DNA from: a virus
Lineage: Duplodnaviria; Caudoviricetes
IMG/VR virus record: IMGVR_UViG_2627853916_000003
Location: 27,868-91,867 of that record
Strand: one strand, 5' to 3'
DNA length: 64,000 bases
In this document: piece by piece, positions 20,352 to 29,902 of the stretch
How positions within the stretch are numbered: position 1 is the first letter of the stretch
Layout of the letters: every line of letters starts with the position of its first letter
Translations under genes and position numbers: made by a program
Notes under the pieces: generated by a model
What the model was told of the DNA's origin: nothing
Database searches by the model: none
The model's input: the letters and a program-made list of their open reading frames with translations, nothing else

Positions 20352-20473
20352 GTCTACTCGTTCTCCCAAGCGAGTGATGCCAACTGACGTTGAGATACTT
20401 CAATTTACTTCGACTGACAGCCTGACATTAGCTTCCAGTTTCGCCGCGACTCACTTACCTCGCGGCTTTTTTT
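20352..20473 (+). ncRNA. Qrr-like small RNA (about 120 nt)
   Basis: Promoter upstream; 5' hairpin ACTCG/CGAGT; GCCAACTGACGTTG (20379-20392) matches the recalled Qrr conserved core; terminator GCCGCGA/TCGCGGC-T7. Confidence 0.7.
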
Positions 20474-20519
20474 GCCTGTCGCATAGAAAAAACCAGCGCG
20501 AACGCTGGCTTTACTTGGA

Positions 20520-20861
20520 TTATGGTCGGTTGTGAACGGGCTCTATCTTGTTTGATTTAAAGTAATCAATAACAGGATTCACTCGATACGGCTCTACATG
20601 GAAGCTGGCTACTACCTGATCTTTGCGCATCAAGTAAAACTGATTTCCGTTGTATCGTACCGCATCAAATATCACGTTCATCCGGCATCCATCGTACATG
20701 TACTCGCCATCGACGCTAAGGCTTTTGCGTATCACAAAGGATAGGCGCGCCTTGGTCGCTTTAAGCTCATTACGGACTTTAACTAAGTTAATCGCCAGTA
20801 CGATAAGGAGCGACAATAATCCGCATAGTTGGTATGCGTTAAGGTTAATTGAATAGCTCAT
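20520..20861 (-). CDS. Hypothetical membrane-anchored protein
   Basis: ORF from MSYSINL with an N-terminal TM helix. Confidence 0.55.
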   Translation of the reverse strand: MSYSINLNAYQLCGLLSLLIVLAINLVKVRNELKATKARLSFVIRKSLSVDGEYMYDGCRMNVIFDAVRYNGNQFYLMRKDQVVASFHVEPYRVNPVIDYFKSNKIEPVHNRP

Positions 20862-20911
20862 ATTGTTATTTTTTATGTACGAATAGGAAATTTGTAAAAT
20901 ACGGAAACATT

Positions 20912-21679
20912 CTACAGTGTAAACACCTCTGCTGTCGCGTCTTTGATGCTCGGTTTTTTCGTCTGGTTGCTGCAAATGGTAAACGAAATCGCCTTAGTGA
21001 AGTAGTCCAGCGCCAAGGTGCGTTCCTCTTTCGACGCAATGATCATTGCCTCAATCACCTTGCTTGAGCTGGCCACGCCACCAGCAAGCGGAGTCATTAC
21101 CTCGTTTAGTGCATCGGCCTTGTTGGCCAGTTCTGGCGGTAAGACTGGCGGCGGCAAGGTTGCACCTCCACCCGTACCACTTTCGCCCGTTGGTGGCGCT
21201 GGTGGCGTCAATGCGCTGTTGATTTGCGCCATTAGGGACACGGCCTCATCAACATGGCCAGAAATACCGTTGATCACTGCCTCAAGCGCTTTCAGTTCTT
21301 CCTTGCTGGTAATTGGCAAGATACTCGGAGCGGGTACGTTGTCCTCTGTACCATCTACCTTGCGCTTAATGTTCACACCAATAGACACTTGCTCTAGGTC
21401 GGTTGGGTCGGTGATCAACACTAGGTGCTCATTCCATTGCGTTAACGTGGCCACGGTTGCGCTCACTGAGACATTTAAGCCCTTAAGCGTTGCGACTAGC
21501 TTTGATGCGCCTTGGTAGTCCTCAATATCCTCGCTCACGCAGCCTGATAGCTTCTCTGACAAACTTTCACACTTCACCTTAAGGGATTTACCTCGGGTAA
21601 GGTTCTCCGCTTCCTTAAGGCCGCCTACGTCTAAAAACTGGCGAAACTGCTCGATTTGCTCTTGTGTGTCTAACATCAA
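20912..21679 (-). CDS. P1 UpfB-like protein
   Basis: Follows PAAR as in P1; 255 aa. Confidence 0.5.
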   Translation of the reverse strand: MMLDTQEQIEQFRQFLDVGGLKEAENLTRGKSLKVKCESLSEKLSGCVSEDIEDYQGASKLVATLKGLNVSVSATVATLTQWNEHLVLITDPTDLEQVSIGVNIKRKVDGTEDNVPAPSILPITSKEELKALEAVINGISGHVDEAVSLMAQINSALTPPAPPTGESGTGGGATLPPPVLPPELANKADALNEVMTPLAGGVASSSKVIEAMIIASKEERTLALDYFTKAISFTICSNQTKKPSIKDATAEVFTL

Positions 21680-21685
21680 ATTGCC

Positions 21686-21970
21686 TCAATCAATCGTCAT
21701 TAAGTCGTTACCGTTCACCAGCGTAGCGCCACACCCAAGGGCATCGCCTACTACTGCGACCGGAACGCCATTAACAGTAAGTTTTGAACTACCAGTAATA
21801 ACGCCAACGTGCGGCGGGTTATCTGGTTTTACGTGCATGACGGATATATCACCCGTCCCTAAAACGTTGACTCCATTCACGGTCAGTAGTGGTTGGCCAG
21901 TAACAAAAACACCTGGACTAAAGCCACCATGACCACTATCCACACTCCCTACAATTCCTACGGCTGGCAT
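21686..21970 (-). CDS. PAAR spike-tip protein
   Basis: GHGGFSP...VNGVPVAVVGDALGCG PAAR pattern. Confidence 0.9.
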   Translation of the reverse strand: MPAVGIVGSVDSGHGGFSPGVFVTGQPLLTVNGVNVLGTGDISVMHVKPDNPPHVGVITGSSKLTVNGVPVAVVGDALGCGATLVNGNDLMTID

Positions 21971-21976
21971 GGCGCA

Positions 21977-22747
21977 CTACCCTAATGTAAATGGAGCTGC
22001 GGCAGCCTTAACAGCGAACTGGCCACCAGCATCGATATTGACGTTACCACTCGCTTTAATGGTCACTTCATTGCCCTCTAGGTTGGCTTTACCGGAGGCT
22101 TTTACGGTTGCATTACCACCCGCTTCGATGTTCGCATCGCCTTTCACTTTGATAGTTAGTGCGCCTCCAACTTGCTCCAATGTGTTCCCTGTTGAGCTGC
22201 GAAACGCATTGCCCTCGACGTGGATAACACATTGGCCATCTGGCGTAATTTCAATGGCCGTGCCGCTTTGGGTATGCGTAACTGAGTAGCCGCCTTGATG
22301 CGTGATGAGCTCGCGCAAACCAAATCGCACAAAGAGCGCATCTTTGCGGTCATAGGCTGGTGGCTCGGGTTCACCCTCGGCTCGTTTAGGCTGATAGGCT
22401 TCGCCGTTCACCTCGCTTGGTAGGTACGATTCGTAGTTAGGCGCGTAGTAAAGCGATCCGGTAATACGGGGATAACGGGTATCGCCATTGCGAGGAAAAT
22501 CCACCCAAACCAGATCGCCTTTTTCCACTGGCACGACTTGGCCACAACTCGGTTTTGCACCTAATGGCAGTAGAAACTCGGCAAAGGGGAGATCTTTATC
22601 GGGGATAGCATCCCAATAGCCAAGCAAGCGAACCGATACCATGTACAAGCCTTTCGGATGGACAGGATTAACCACCTCGGCCTGATAGCTACCAAACAAG
22701 CGGTTAGTGACGTTGGTGCGTGTTCTGTTCTCTGACGAATCGCTCAT
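21977..22747 (-). CDS. Baseplate spike (gpV/gp5-like)
   Basis: OB-fold motif PVEKGDLVWVDF..GD.RYP plus C-terminal beta-helix repeats. Confidence 0.85.
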   Translation of the reverse strand: MSDSSENRTRTNVTNRLFGSYQAEVVNPVHPKGLYMVSVRLLGYWDAIPDKDLPFAEFLLPLGAKPSCGQVVPVEKGDLVWVDFPRNGDTRYPRITGSLYYAPNYESYLPSEVNGEAYQPKRAEGEPEPPAYDRKDALFVRFGLRELITHQGGYSVTHTQSGTAIEITPDGQCVIHVEGNAFRSSTGNTLEQVGGALTIKVKGDANIEAGGNATVKASGKANLEGNEVTIKASGNVNIDAGGQFAVKAAAAPFTLG

Positions 22748-23721
22748 AGGTTTCGCACTCCTAACTCGATACGACACTGATACCGGTTCCCACGTTGGCA
22801 ATGGGCGACACGGTTCATGATTTGTTTCTCTGGCATGGACTCATCCAGCTCGGTAGCGGGTAGCCGTTTATGGAATAGCACTGAGCACACCGAAAGAGGC
22901 GTAAAGGCGGTATTTCCGGTAAGTTCCACATCCAAAATAGGGATGATGGCCATGTGTTGATTATTCAGCGCCTTGGCTTGTGGAACGCTAACCATAACCA
23001 TAGCGCCCGAACGTTTACCGCCTTGGAAGCCCTCGACGGTATCCCAAGAGGCATAGTTACGGTTAAGAACGCGCTCAAACAGGGCTTCCTCTCCGATAAT
23101 GGAGTAGTTCGCAATGCTGTGCTCTGCTTCCTCTGGATTCGACTGTTCCAGCTTGAATTGCTCGCTCATATCCATGTTCTTGAGCGACTTAAAGTGCATA
23201 ACACCACGGCAGATAAACGCTGCTGAACCGTAATCTCTGGCCATTGTTCGAATTAAGCGAGACTTAGTGCCACCAGCGTTTAAATGGTACGTAGCGCCAC
23301 GCTCAAAGCTGTCACATTCGATTTTTAGGTCGGGTAATAGCTCGGCCAGAATGTCTCTAGGCTGCATTTCGACAAAGAATCGAGGCGTTGTGACTGGCTC
23401 TTTAAGTAGGTGCGCGTCCTTTTGGAACGCTTGAACCGTTAGCATGCCGTCAGCGCTGGTGGACTTGGCCACAATGAATTTTTCAATCCAAACCTGATCG
23501 CCTCGTTCGTTCACATCGGCCATCGTGACCTCGATCTCTGAACCGCGCTTAATCCCGTAGTCATCCCGATAAACGGCAGCCTGATCCATGATTTCCATTA
23601 CCAGCTTATTGCCGTCCATCGAAGCGCACTCAATGTAGGTAAACGAATGTACGTCCTCGATGGTGATGTCATTTCCGTTGGTGACAACTTTTTGGGCGAG
23701 AAAGTATTCTTTGTTACTCAA
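22744..23721 (-). CDS. Baseplate hub (P1 gp6-like)
   Basis: Upstream of the spike; synteny; start inferred at TTG. Confidence 0.65.
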   Translation of the reverse strand: MSNKEYFLAQKVVTNGNDITIEDVHSFTYIECASMDGNKLVMEIMDQAAVYRDDYGIKRGSEIEVTMADVNERGDQVWIEKFIVAKSTSADGMLTVQAFQKDAHLLKEPVTTPRFFVEMQPRDILAELLPDLKIECDSFERGATYHLNAGGTKSRLIRTMARDYGSAAFICRGVMHFKSLKNMDMSEQFKLEQSNPEEAEHSIANYSIIGEEALFERVLNRNYASWDTVEGFQGGKRSGAMVMVSVPQAKALNNQHMAIIPILDVELTGNTAFTPLSVCSVLFHKRLPATELDESMPEKQIMNRVAHCQRGNRYQCRIELGVRNL

Positions 23722-24475
23722 TGACTCGACCTCCCACGCCAATCGCGCCCTGACGGACAGTAATCGACTCGGCCTCATAAACCTCTGCAATCACTTCAAA
23801 AGAGATTGAGGAAGCAAACAGGCGAGTATTTTCATGGTCTACTTCGGCGGGTTCGGTCATCGCATCTTTACGGCCACGGATCTCGATGCTGATTTCCATT
23901 TCAGTACCCGCGAGCATGGTTTTCGCTCTGAATACGTGCTTACGCTTGCCCTTGGTATGACGTAACCAAACCATTAAACCTAGCGCTAGGCGGCTAAGGG
24001 TAGACTGGTTCCAAGCTAGGGCATTAATGCGGTAGGTAAGCGCGACAAAGGACTTATTAACCACGGCATAAGGCTGGCCTTGCTCATTGGCCAGTTCGCC
24101 ATAGTCAGCAATATCGACGTACTCCGCGCCATCAACAAACCCAATCACCGGATCGCGCGTGATATAGCAAACAGGCACAAGCTCATTGCGGTTCGCTTTC
24201 ACCTTGTCGCCTAACTTGGCCGTTAACTTAGATAGGAATGACACTGGATCGGTAAAGTTGCCGTAATAAATCTTTCTCGACTTATCACGGCCAACAAAGC
24301 GAGAAAACTCACTGTTCTCTCGCCGTTTAGTGTCAGTCACAACTAAGGAATCAAGCACGTTCTGGAAAAAGGCTGCCACCGCACGGTCAATATCGGTTAA
24401 CTCTGTGTGTTCCACCTTGCCATCGAATGTCACTACATCGCATGGGATTTCAAAGAACGCATCGTCCAGTTGCAT
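23714..24475 (-). CDS. Tail completion/stability protein (P1 gp24-like)
   Basis: Synteny; 253 aa. Confidence 0.55.
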   Translation of the reverse strand: MQLDDAFFEIPCDVVTFDGKVEHTELTDIDRAVAAFFQNVLDSLVVTDTKRRENSEFSRFVGRDKSRKIYYGNFTDPVSFLSKLTAKLGDKVKANRNELVPVCYITRDPVIGFVDGAEYVDIADYGELANEQGQPYAVVNKSFVALTYRINALAWNQSTLSRLALGLMVWLRHTKGKRKHVFRAKTMLAGTEMEISIEIRGRKDAMTEPAEVDHENTRLFASSISFEVIAEVYEAESITVRQGAIGVGGRVIE

Positions 24476-24477
24476 GA

Positions 24478-25023
24478 TTAGTCCTCCAAATCGTCCAGCT
24501 CGTAATACTTACGGCCTTTCACGATAGTGATGCACTTATCGCTTCGGTGTAAGGTCACATCGAACTTGTGGAAGTTGCTCGTTAGGATAGGGAGGTAAGC
24601 TGATACAGGCTCATTGCGCTGGTAGCCGTCTCGCGTTTTGCGGCCTTTACCGGATCGGTTGCCCTCATTGATTTGAATGACCGCGCAATCAAAATCAATC
24701 TTGGCCATGTCTGCGATCGCTGCGTCTAGGTCTTTGTGCATGTTAAGCACGTTCGCGCATAACATGACGCAAAAACGGCGTTTTGAGCTATCAATTTCGG
24801 CAATATTGTTTACTACGCCTTTCGCTTTCGAGTTCGGGTCATAGTGAGTGACCGTCATAATCTGCTTGTGGTAGTTAGTGAGGTATTCTTCTGTTAGGTC
24901 GGGAAACTTACCGCAACCAAAGTTAAGAATGTTTTTCGCGTATGACCAGTTAGGTGCAAGTCTGCTAAGGCACTTGGCACTGGCTGGCACTTGCTTTCGG
25001 CTAGTCTGTAATGTCATGCACAC
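24478..25023 (-). CDS. Class I SAM-dependent methyltransferase-like protein
   Basis: ILNFGCGK motif I; YDP and NVLN motifs. Confidence 0.7.
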   Translation of the reverse strand: MCMTLQTSRKQVPASAKCLSRLAPNWSYAKNILNFGCGKFPDLTEEYLTNYHKQIMTVTHYDPNSKAKGVVNNIAEIDSSKRRFCVMLCANVLNMHKDLDAAIADMAKIDFDCAVIQINEGNRSGKGRKTRDGYQRNEPVSAYLPILTSNFHKFDVTLHRSDKCITIVKGRKYYELDDLED

Positions 25024-25077
25024 TCCAAAATTGGAGTGGCGCTTTAAGGATGGGTTGGAATAGGGCTGATATTAGCG

Positions 25078-25698
25078 TTAAAGCTCGATCACTTCACCGT
25101 CTTGTAAGTTTTCTTCCGGTTCTGGTAAGAAATCCTCCACTGGCTCGGGTTCTGACTCAATTGAACTATCCGGCAATTCCGGTAAGTTCGCTGGTGGCTG
25201 ATTAAAATCACGCATTGGTATGCAGATATAGATCACGCCCACGTTCGCCGTGCCATAGCCAACGGCCTTATGTACGTACCACCACACGGTTCGTAATCCC
25301 TCGGCAGTTTCTTCATCCCATTCCAGCACACTACCGATAGGAACATGGTGCGAAGCAATACGCAGCATTAGCGGCTCTAAGGACTCGCCAAGGTTTTCGT
25401 CGCCATCGTCCATCATGAAAAAGTTCTCTTGCTCATCTGGACAATCCAACAAAGCCACCAGCTCCGGATCGCTATAAGTGAGCGTGTCTTGGTTGGTTTC
25501 GAGCTCTAACACTGACTCGTTTTGGTAATTATCATCCGTTGGTGCGGATTCTGGCTCTACAGGACGATACAGGGACGCTTCAAAGTGATCAGGTGATAGT
25601 TTGATAGCCTTAATCCAATCTTCCCTTAAAACGCGATTAAAGGGCTCATGGCCTTGGTATCGAACCTTTCTTGCTACAGGTTTAACTACGTCACTCAC
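25078..25698 (-). CDS. P1 gp7-like tail/head-closure protein
   Basis: Synteny. Confidence 0.5.
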   Translation of the reverse strand: MSDVVKPVARKVRYQGHEPFNRVLREDWIKAIKLSPDHFEASLYRPVEPESAPTDDNYQNESVLELETNQDTLTYSDPELVALLDCPDEQENFFMMDDGDENLGESLEPLMLRIASHHVPIGSVLEWDEETAEGLRTVWWYVHKAVGYGTANVGVIYICIPMRDFNQPPANLPELPDSSIESEPEPVEDFLPEPEENLQDGEVIEL

Positions 25699-26846
25699 TT
25701 GATGATTCTCTCTAATTTGCTTGGTGTTACGTTCATCAATTTTGCGAAGTCGGCCAGCGCTTCACCCTTAGTCTTTCCTTGCAGTTTGTAGCCGTCATGG
25801 AAGTTCTGGAAGCCGACCTTAATCATATCGATATAACCTTTCTTCTCGTTGGACTCCTTACGCAGTTTGCGCGCTTGGCGCTTGATGGTTTCGCTTTCCC
25901 GTTTCTGTTTGGCGATCTGTTTTTCCATTGCTTTCTGAGCGCGTAGATATTTCGCGTGTTCGCGCGTAGCGGCGGCCTTATCCACCACCGTTTTACGGTT
26001 GCGAGCGGCGGCTTTCTTCTCGCGTTCGTTGAGCAAGTACGTCTTGTTATCTGAGCCAAAACCAACACGGCGCGCTTGCTGCTTCATTTGGTTGGCCAAG
26101 ATGCGTTGCCATGCCAGCGATTGCAGCATGGTTGTTGCCTTAAGAACGTGTTTACATGCCACACCGGACAATTCAGGGTTTCGGATTTTCGGGAAAGCAA
26201 ACTCTTTAGGCGGCGCTATGCAGTAGTTACCCATAGTGGCCAAGTATCGATACCAATACTGGTGACGGCCACAGTCGCAATCAAAGGAAATACGGCCAGC
26301 ACACGCCAGTTGCACCGCTTGGTTGTAATCCCCGTTAGGCGGTTCGTGTAGTAGTTCATCCCACTGCTCAAAACGCACCTTTACTCGGTGTTCCTCATGT
26401 TTCGATACGCTTGAGGCTCGAACACGAATCAGCGCGATATTGTTCTTAATACCGAACATCGTGGCCTTGTGAATGCCTGTACCGTCATCGACACGGTTGT
26501 TTGCACGGTCTACGTCGATTTGACGCGAGTTCTTCACCAAAAAGGCGTAGGTGATACCCGCTGTCTTGCTGTCATAGACCTCTTTGTGTCGCTGGCGAGC
26601 CTTGTCGAACTTGATCAGGTCTTCTTTGGTAAATCGTTGCCCTTTAGCCTTTTCGCCTAGCGCCTTTAACGCCTTGTTGGTTGGTTTGGTCAGCGTTGAG
26701 GCGGTCAGCGTTCGCTTGGCATTGCGGCGGTTTTTCTTTTGCGCCTGTTCAATCTTGTTGAATAGCTGGTTGAACTGCTTTTCATTGAGGCCAAGGCTGG
26801 CAAATGAGCCGTTATCCCGTTTTTCCGCTTCAAACTTCTTCGGCAT
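25695..26846 (-). CDS. SWIM zinc-finger protein (P1 gp25-like)
   Basis: CDCGRHQYWYRY...ACKH motif. Confidence 0.65.
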   Translation of the reverse strand: MPKKFEAEKRDNGSFASLGLNEKQFNQLFNKIEQAQKKNRRNAKRTLTASTLTKPTNKALKALGEKAKGQRFTKEDLIKFDKARQRHKEVYDSKTAGITYAFLVKNSRQIDVDRANNRVDDGTGIHKATMFGIKNNIALIRVRASSVSKHEEHRVKVRFEQWDELLHEPPNGDYNQAVQLACAGRISFDCDCGRHQYWYRYLATMGNYCIAPPKEFAFPKIRNPELSGVACKHVLKATTMLQSLAWQRILANQMKQQARRVGFGSDNKTYLLNEREKKAAARNRKTVVDKAAATREHAKYLRAQKAMEKQIAKQKRESETIKRQARKLRKESNEKKGYIDMIKVGFQNFHDGYKLQGKTKGEALADFAKLMNVTPSKLERIIK

Positions 26847-26849
26847 AGG

Positions 26850-27179
26850 TTACAGCCCCATTTCGTCCATGAATTGACGCATAGAGCGGCGCACCCACGC
26901 TGCTGGTGGCAGTTTGATAGTTTGGCCAACGGGTAGCGGATTCATTGGGTCATCTACGTCACAAACCAGACTCACTAGCCAATCAAGCTCAACCGTGCCA
27001 TAGGCGCGATAAGAGGCCAGATCGGCACGGTAGGTTTCATCAAGTCGAATGGTGTACTCAAACAGCTCGGTATTGCCCGAACGGTTGACGTATTCCATGA
27101 CTTTCGCAAAGAAATGCGCCCGTAGAATATCGTCCTCGATGTTCTCTGCTGAGAGGCGGGATAACTTACTCATGATCAC
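26850..27179 (-). CDS. Baseplate LysM-like protein (P1 gp26/T4 gp53-like)
   Basis: RADLASYRAYG..LDWLV...LPVGQTIKLP motif. Confidence 0.75.
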   Translation of the reverse strand: MIMSKLSRLSAENIEDDILRAHFFAKVMEYVNRSGNTELFEYTIRLDETYRADLASYRAYGTVELDWLVSLVCDVDDPMNPLPVGQTIKLPPAAWVRRSMRQFMDEMGL

Positions 27180-27798
27180 CTCCCATACGATACTTACCGT
27201 CTGCGATTAGCCCCGTTTTGGCCTTAAACAGTCCAAACGCGCGCGAGGCCATTTCCGGCTCTTTCTTGGGCTTGCGTAACATGCCAAACAAGCTCTTAAG
27301 CGTTACCGTGTCGTTAAGGTTGTCTTGTGTGGCCGCATAGACCACAAACATGAGCGCGTAGGTATCAGGGCGCAGTTCTGACCAGTCGATGTTGTACATT
27401 GGCTTGCCATCTGTTCCCCGTACTTCTTCCACGATGGACGGCGACACTTCATAGCGGCCACCAGCATTAGGCGGGTAGGTGATAGCATTTAGGGATGAGA
27501 GATAGTTATAGGCTTCCATTGCCGACACAATGATCGGTCTGCCTTTTGCGTCCAGCTCGGATAAGCGAACGGCGCGCCCATACTTCGCAAAATAGGGCGT
27601 AACCTCGTCCACCAGCACAATAAAACCGCCTTTTTTGAGCTTTTCTAGCTTCTTAGGCAAGGTAAGTTTGAGGCTCATTAAAGAGCGCTCTAATTGCTGG
27701 CATTCGATGATATGGAGTTGGCCATCATCCACACCAGCAAGCATAAGCCGTGGCTGGCCGGATGATAGAGTGAGTACAGCTATGCGCTTTCGTGCCAT
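27166..27798 (-). CDS. Particle maturation protein (P1 Mat-like)
   Basis: Adjacent to ref as in P1; size. Confidence 0.45.
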   Translation of the reverse strand: MARKRIAVLTLSSGQPRLMLAGVDDGQLHIIECQQLERSLMSLKLTLPKKLEKLKKGGFIVLVDEVTPYFAKYGRAVRLSELDAKGRPIIVSAMEAYNYLSSLNAITYPPNAGGRYEVSPSIVEEVRGTDGKPMYNIDWSELRPDTYALMFVVYAATQDNLNDTVTLKSLFGMLRKPKKEPEMASRAFGLFKAKTGLIADGKYRMGGDHE

Positions 27799-27895
27799 GT
27801 TGTGACCTCTAAGCGCGCTTTTTAAGATGGGGAATCTTGGTCAGTTTAACACCATTAACCAAGCTTTTGAGCCTCGTTAATGGTGTTTATGTTAA

Positions 27896-28570
27896 TTAAT
27901 GTTCGGAATGCTTAGGATAAATATTTTCCAGTAGTTCAAGCGGCAATCCCGCCAGCTTATAGACCTTAAACAACAGCTCTATCTCTGTACCGTTGTAGAT
28001 CTTCCATTGCGCCTTACCGCCGTATTTCCCTTTCGCATGGAGCGGTATCATATCTGGATACTGAGCACGCTTATCCGCTTCCAGTAGCGTGTCGTGGTGA
28101 TAACAACACAAGGGTAATACATACGCATGCGCCCGTTCACCAACACGGCCAAACACATGATGTAAGGAAATCACCGGATTCTCTCGGCCATGCAGCCAAC
28201 ACGCAATACATGGTAAGCGGCCAATGGCATCCATGATGCGCCTTTCCTCTGCTGTTGGCGTTCGGCCTTTCAATCCCTTACTGGCGATCTTTTTGGTTGG
28301 TTTCTTCACTACAGGCTTTGCCTTTTGGCGCTCGATGCGCTGTTGCTGTTTGTCACGCTGCTTTTTCTGGTATTCGGGATCATTTAAGCGCTCGATTTGG
28401 CGCTGACGCTGACGTTCTTGCTGCTGTAATTGCTTTTTGAAGCGCTTCTCCCGTTCCTCGGGATCATTCATCTTGGCGATTTGCTTTGCGCGCGCCCGTT
28501 CCATTGATTGTTTTTGCTTCTCTCGTTGTCTTTGAAGTTTCTCTGCTATTGTCAAAGCCATTAAAAACAC
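27896..28570 (-). CDS. ref: Ref-family RecA-dependent HNH nuclease
   Basis: Charged N-terminus then GRTPTAEE...LPCIAC...SLHH...LPLCCYHH. Confidence 0.85.
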   Translation of the reverse strand: MFLMALTIAEKLQRQREKQKQSMERARAKQIAKMNDPEEREKRFKKQLQQQERQRQRQIERLNDPEYQKKQRDKQQQRIERQKAKPVVKKPTKKIASKGLKGRTPTAEERRIMDAIGRLPCIACWLHGRENPVISLHHVFGRVGERAHAYVLPLCCYHHDTLLEADKRAQYPDMIPLHAKGKYGGKAQWKIYNGTEIELLFKVYKLAGLPLELLENIYPKHSEH

Positions 28571-28670
28571 CTACTATTCGCTTTGCTCATGTTTCACATT
28601 TGCTGGTGGAACACGAAAAGGCTGGTAACTCGAATTTTTGCTGATTCGAACTGTTTGCTAAGGCCAGCCG

Positions 28671-28702
28671 CAAAAAAACCGCGTTTATTCGCGGTTTTTT
28701 TG
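28671..28702. terminator. Bidirectional terminator
   Basis: A-run CCGCG-tttatt-CGCGG T-run. Confidence 0.7.
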
Positions 28703-28708
28703 TACCTA

Positions 28709-28897
28709 TCAAAAGTAACTCTCAATCAAAACCCGATGGCATGGTTTGCCCTCATCGTTGCGAAGTCTCTGCCCTAAAGTGACGATCTTCATCAACTTGC
28801 CCTCATAGTCCCAAGGCTGGTTTCGAGTTAAGCACTCTTTGGCTCGTTTAAGTGCTGGCGAGCCAACTAAGAGATAAACGGCCTTTCTAGGTTTCAT
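28709..28897 (-). CDS. Hypothetical protein
   Basis: Start overlaps the stop of the aphA-like gene. Confidence 0.55.
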   Translation of the reverse strand: MKPRKAVYLLVGSPALKRAKECLTRNQPWDYEGKLMKIVTLGQRLRNDEGKPCHRVLIESYF

Positions 28898-29427
28898 GCA
28901 GCGTCCTCCGTAGCAATGCTTGAGGAAGTGATCATTGATAGCGAACGTTCGGCAAACTTAAGCTCTGCTTTACGCATATCAATGTCGCGCTCTACATGCA
29001 GTGTGAAGTTGTCACAGAACACGCCTTTCTCTTTCTGGTGCGCGTTCAGCTTCTCTTTAAGTTGAGTGATTTCTTGATTGAGTTTTTCAATGTACGACTT
29101 GAAGTAGGTCTCGCTGCCGATTTCCAGCATCACCGATGCAGGACAGCGAATGATAGACAGGTCGCGGCACGTAGATTCGTTGCGTAAAAGGTCAAGAACG
29201 CGCTCACCATCTTGAGTTAGTGTGTAATTCTTGCGGTCTGGTTTGCCGTCTTGAGCTTCCAGTTCGTGTGATACTAAGCCCTTTTCAGCCATGCGATTTA
29301 GTTCGCGGTACACTTGCTGGTGGCTGGCTTGCCATGCGCCAGATTCAGGCATGGATTTGTTTGTTAAGTCGTAACCAGTTTGTGTTTTTTGCTCAAGAAT
29401 TGATAGAAGTAGATTACCCAAAGTCAT
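28894..29427 (-). CDS. aphA: AphA-like PadR-family transcription factor
   Basis: TGYDL...WQASHQQVYRELNRM...QDGKPDRKNY closely matches the recalled Vibrio AphA DNA-binding domain. Confidence 0.85.
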   Translation of the reverse strand: MTLGNLLLSILEQKTQTGYDLTNKSMPESGAWQASHQQVYRELNRMAEKGLVSHELEAQDGKPDRKNYTLTQDGERVLDLLRNESTCRDLSIIRCPASVMLEIGSETYFKSYIEKLNQEITQLKEKLNAHQKEKGVFCDNFTLHVERDIDMRKAELKFAERSLSMITSSSIATEDAA

Positions 29428-29443
29428 AGTTAGTTACCTTTTG

Positions 29444-29902
29444 TTATTGTTGCCAAATTTCACCTGAGTCCTCGTCAATAAATCCATGACATAGGTACTC
29501 TCTACTTGTTGAGTAATGCGTAAGTCTTCCCTTTAACGCTTTTTTGTTGCGGTTATGCCAGTGCTCGTATCCGGCAGTAAACGCATATTGGTTATTGTTG
29601 TAATCTGCATAATGCAGATCTGAGCCATTGCGAGCCTCACTTACTCCCGCCGACCAGCTTGCTAGAAAATCGTCACGCTCATTGAGTTTGATGGCTTGTC
29701 GCTCATCATCATGCACCCCAAGTAGCGTGATAATTCCTAGCCCTTGCATGCGGTCAATGACGGTCGTATCGAAATAGCCGATGTAGATTTCATCGTGTGG
29801 GATAAATTCTACTTGTGGTGGCATTTCGTAGACCGTGCCATCTAGCGGTAGAGCTTCCATAAGCTCTATGAGTAGGCTCAACTGGTTTTTTGGAATTGCC
29901 AT
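29444..29902 (-). CDS. Hypothetical protein
   Basis: 152 aa ORF in operon. Confidence 0.6.
   Translation of the reverse strand: MAIPKNQLSLLIELMEALPLDGTVYEMPPQVEFIPHDEIYIGYFDTTVIDRMQGLGIITLLGVHDDERQAIKLNERDDFLASWSAGVSEARNGSDLHYADYNNNQYAFTAGYEHWHNRNKKALKGRLTHYSTSREYLCHGFIDEDSGEIWQQ

Noticed and set aside
20314-20535. 73-aa ORF over the Qrr-like RNA
   Set aside because: It starts inside the promoter, has no RBS and crosses an intrinsic terminator
3220-27179. T6SS, eCIS or tailocin locus (PAAR, spike, sheath)
   Set aside because: Capsid, terminase, lysis and repressor genes in P1 order indicate a complete phage
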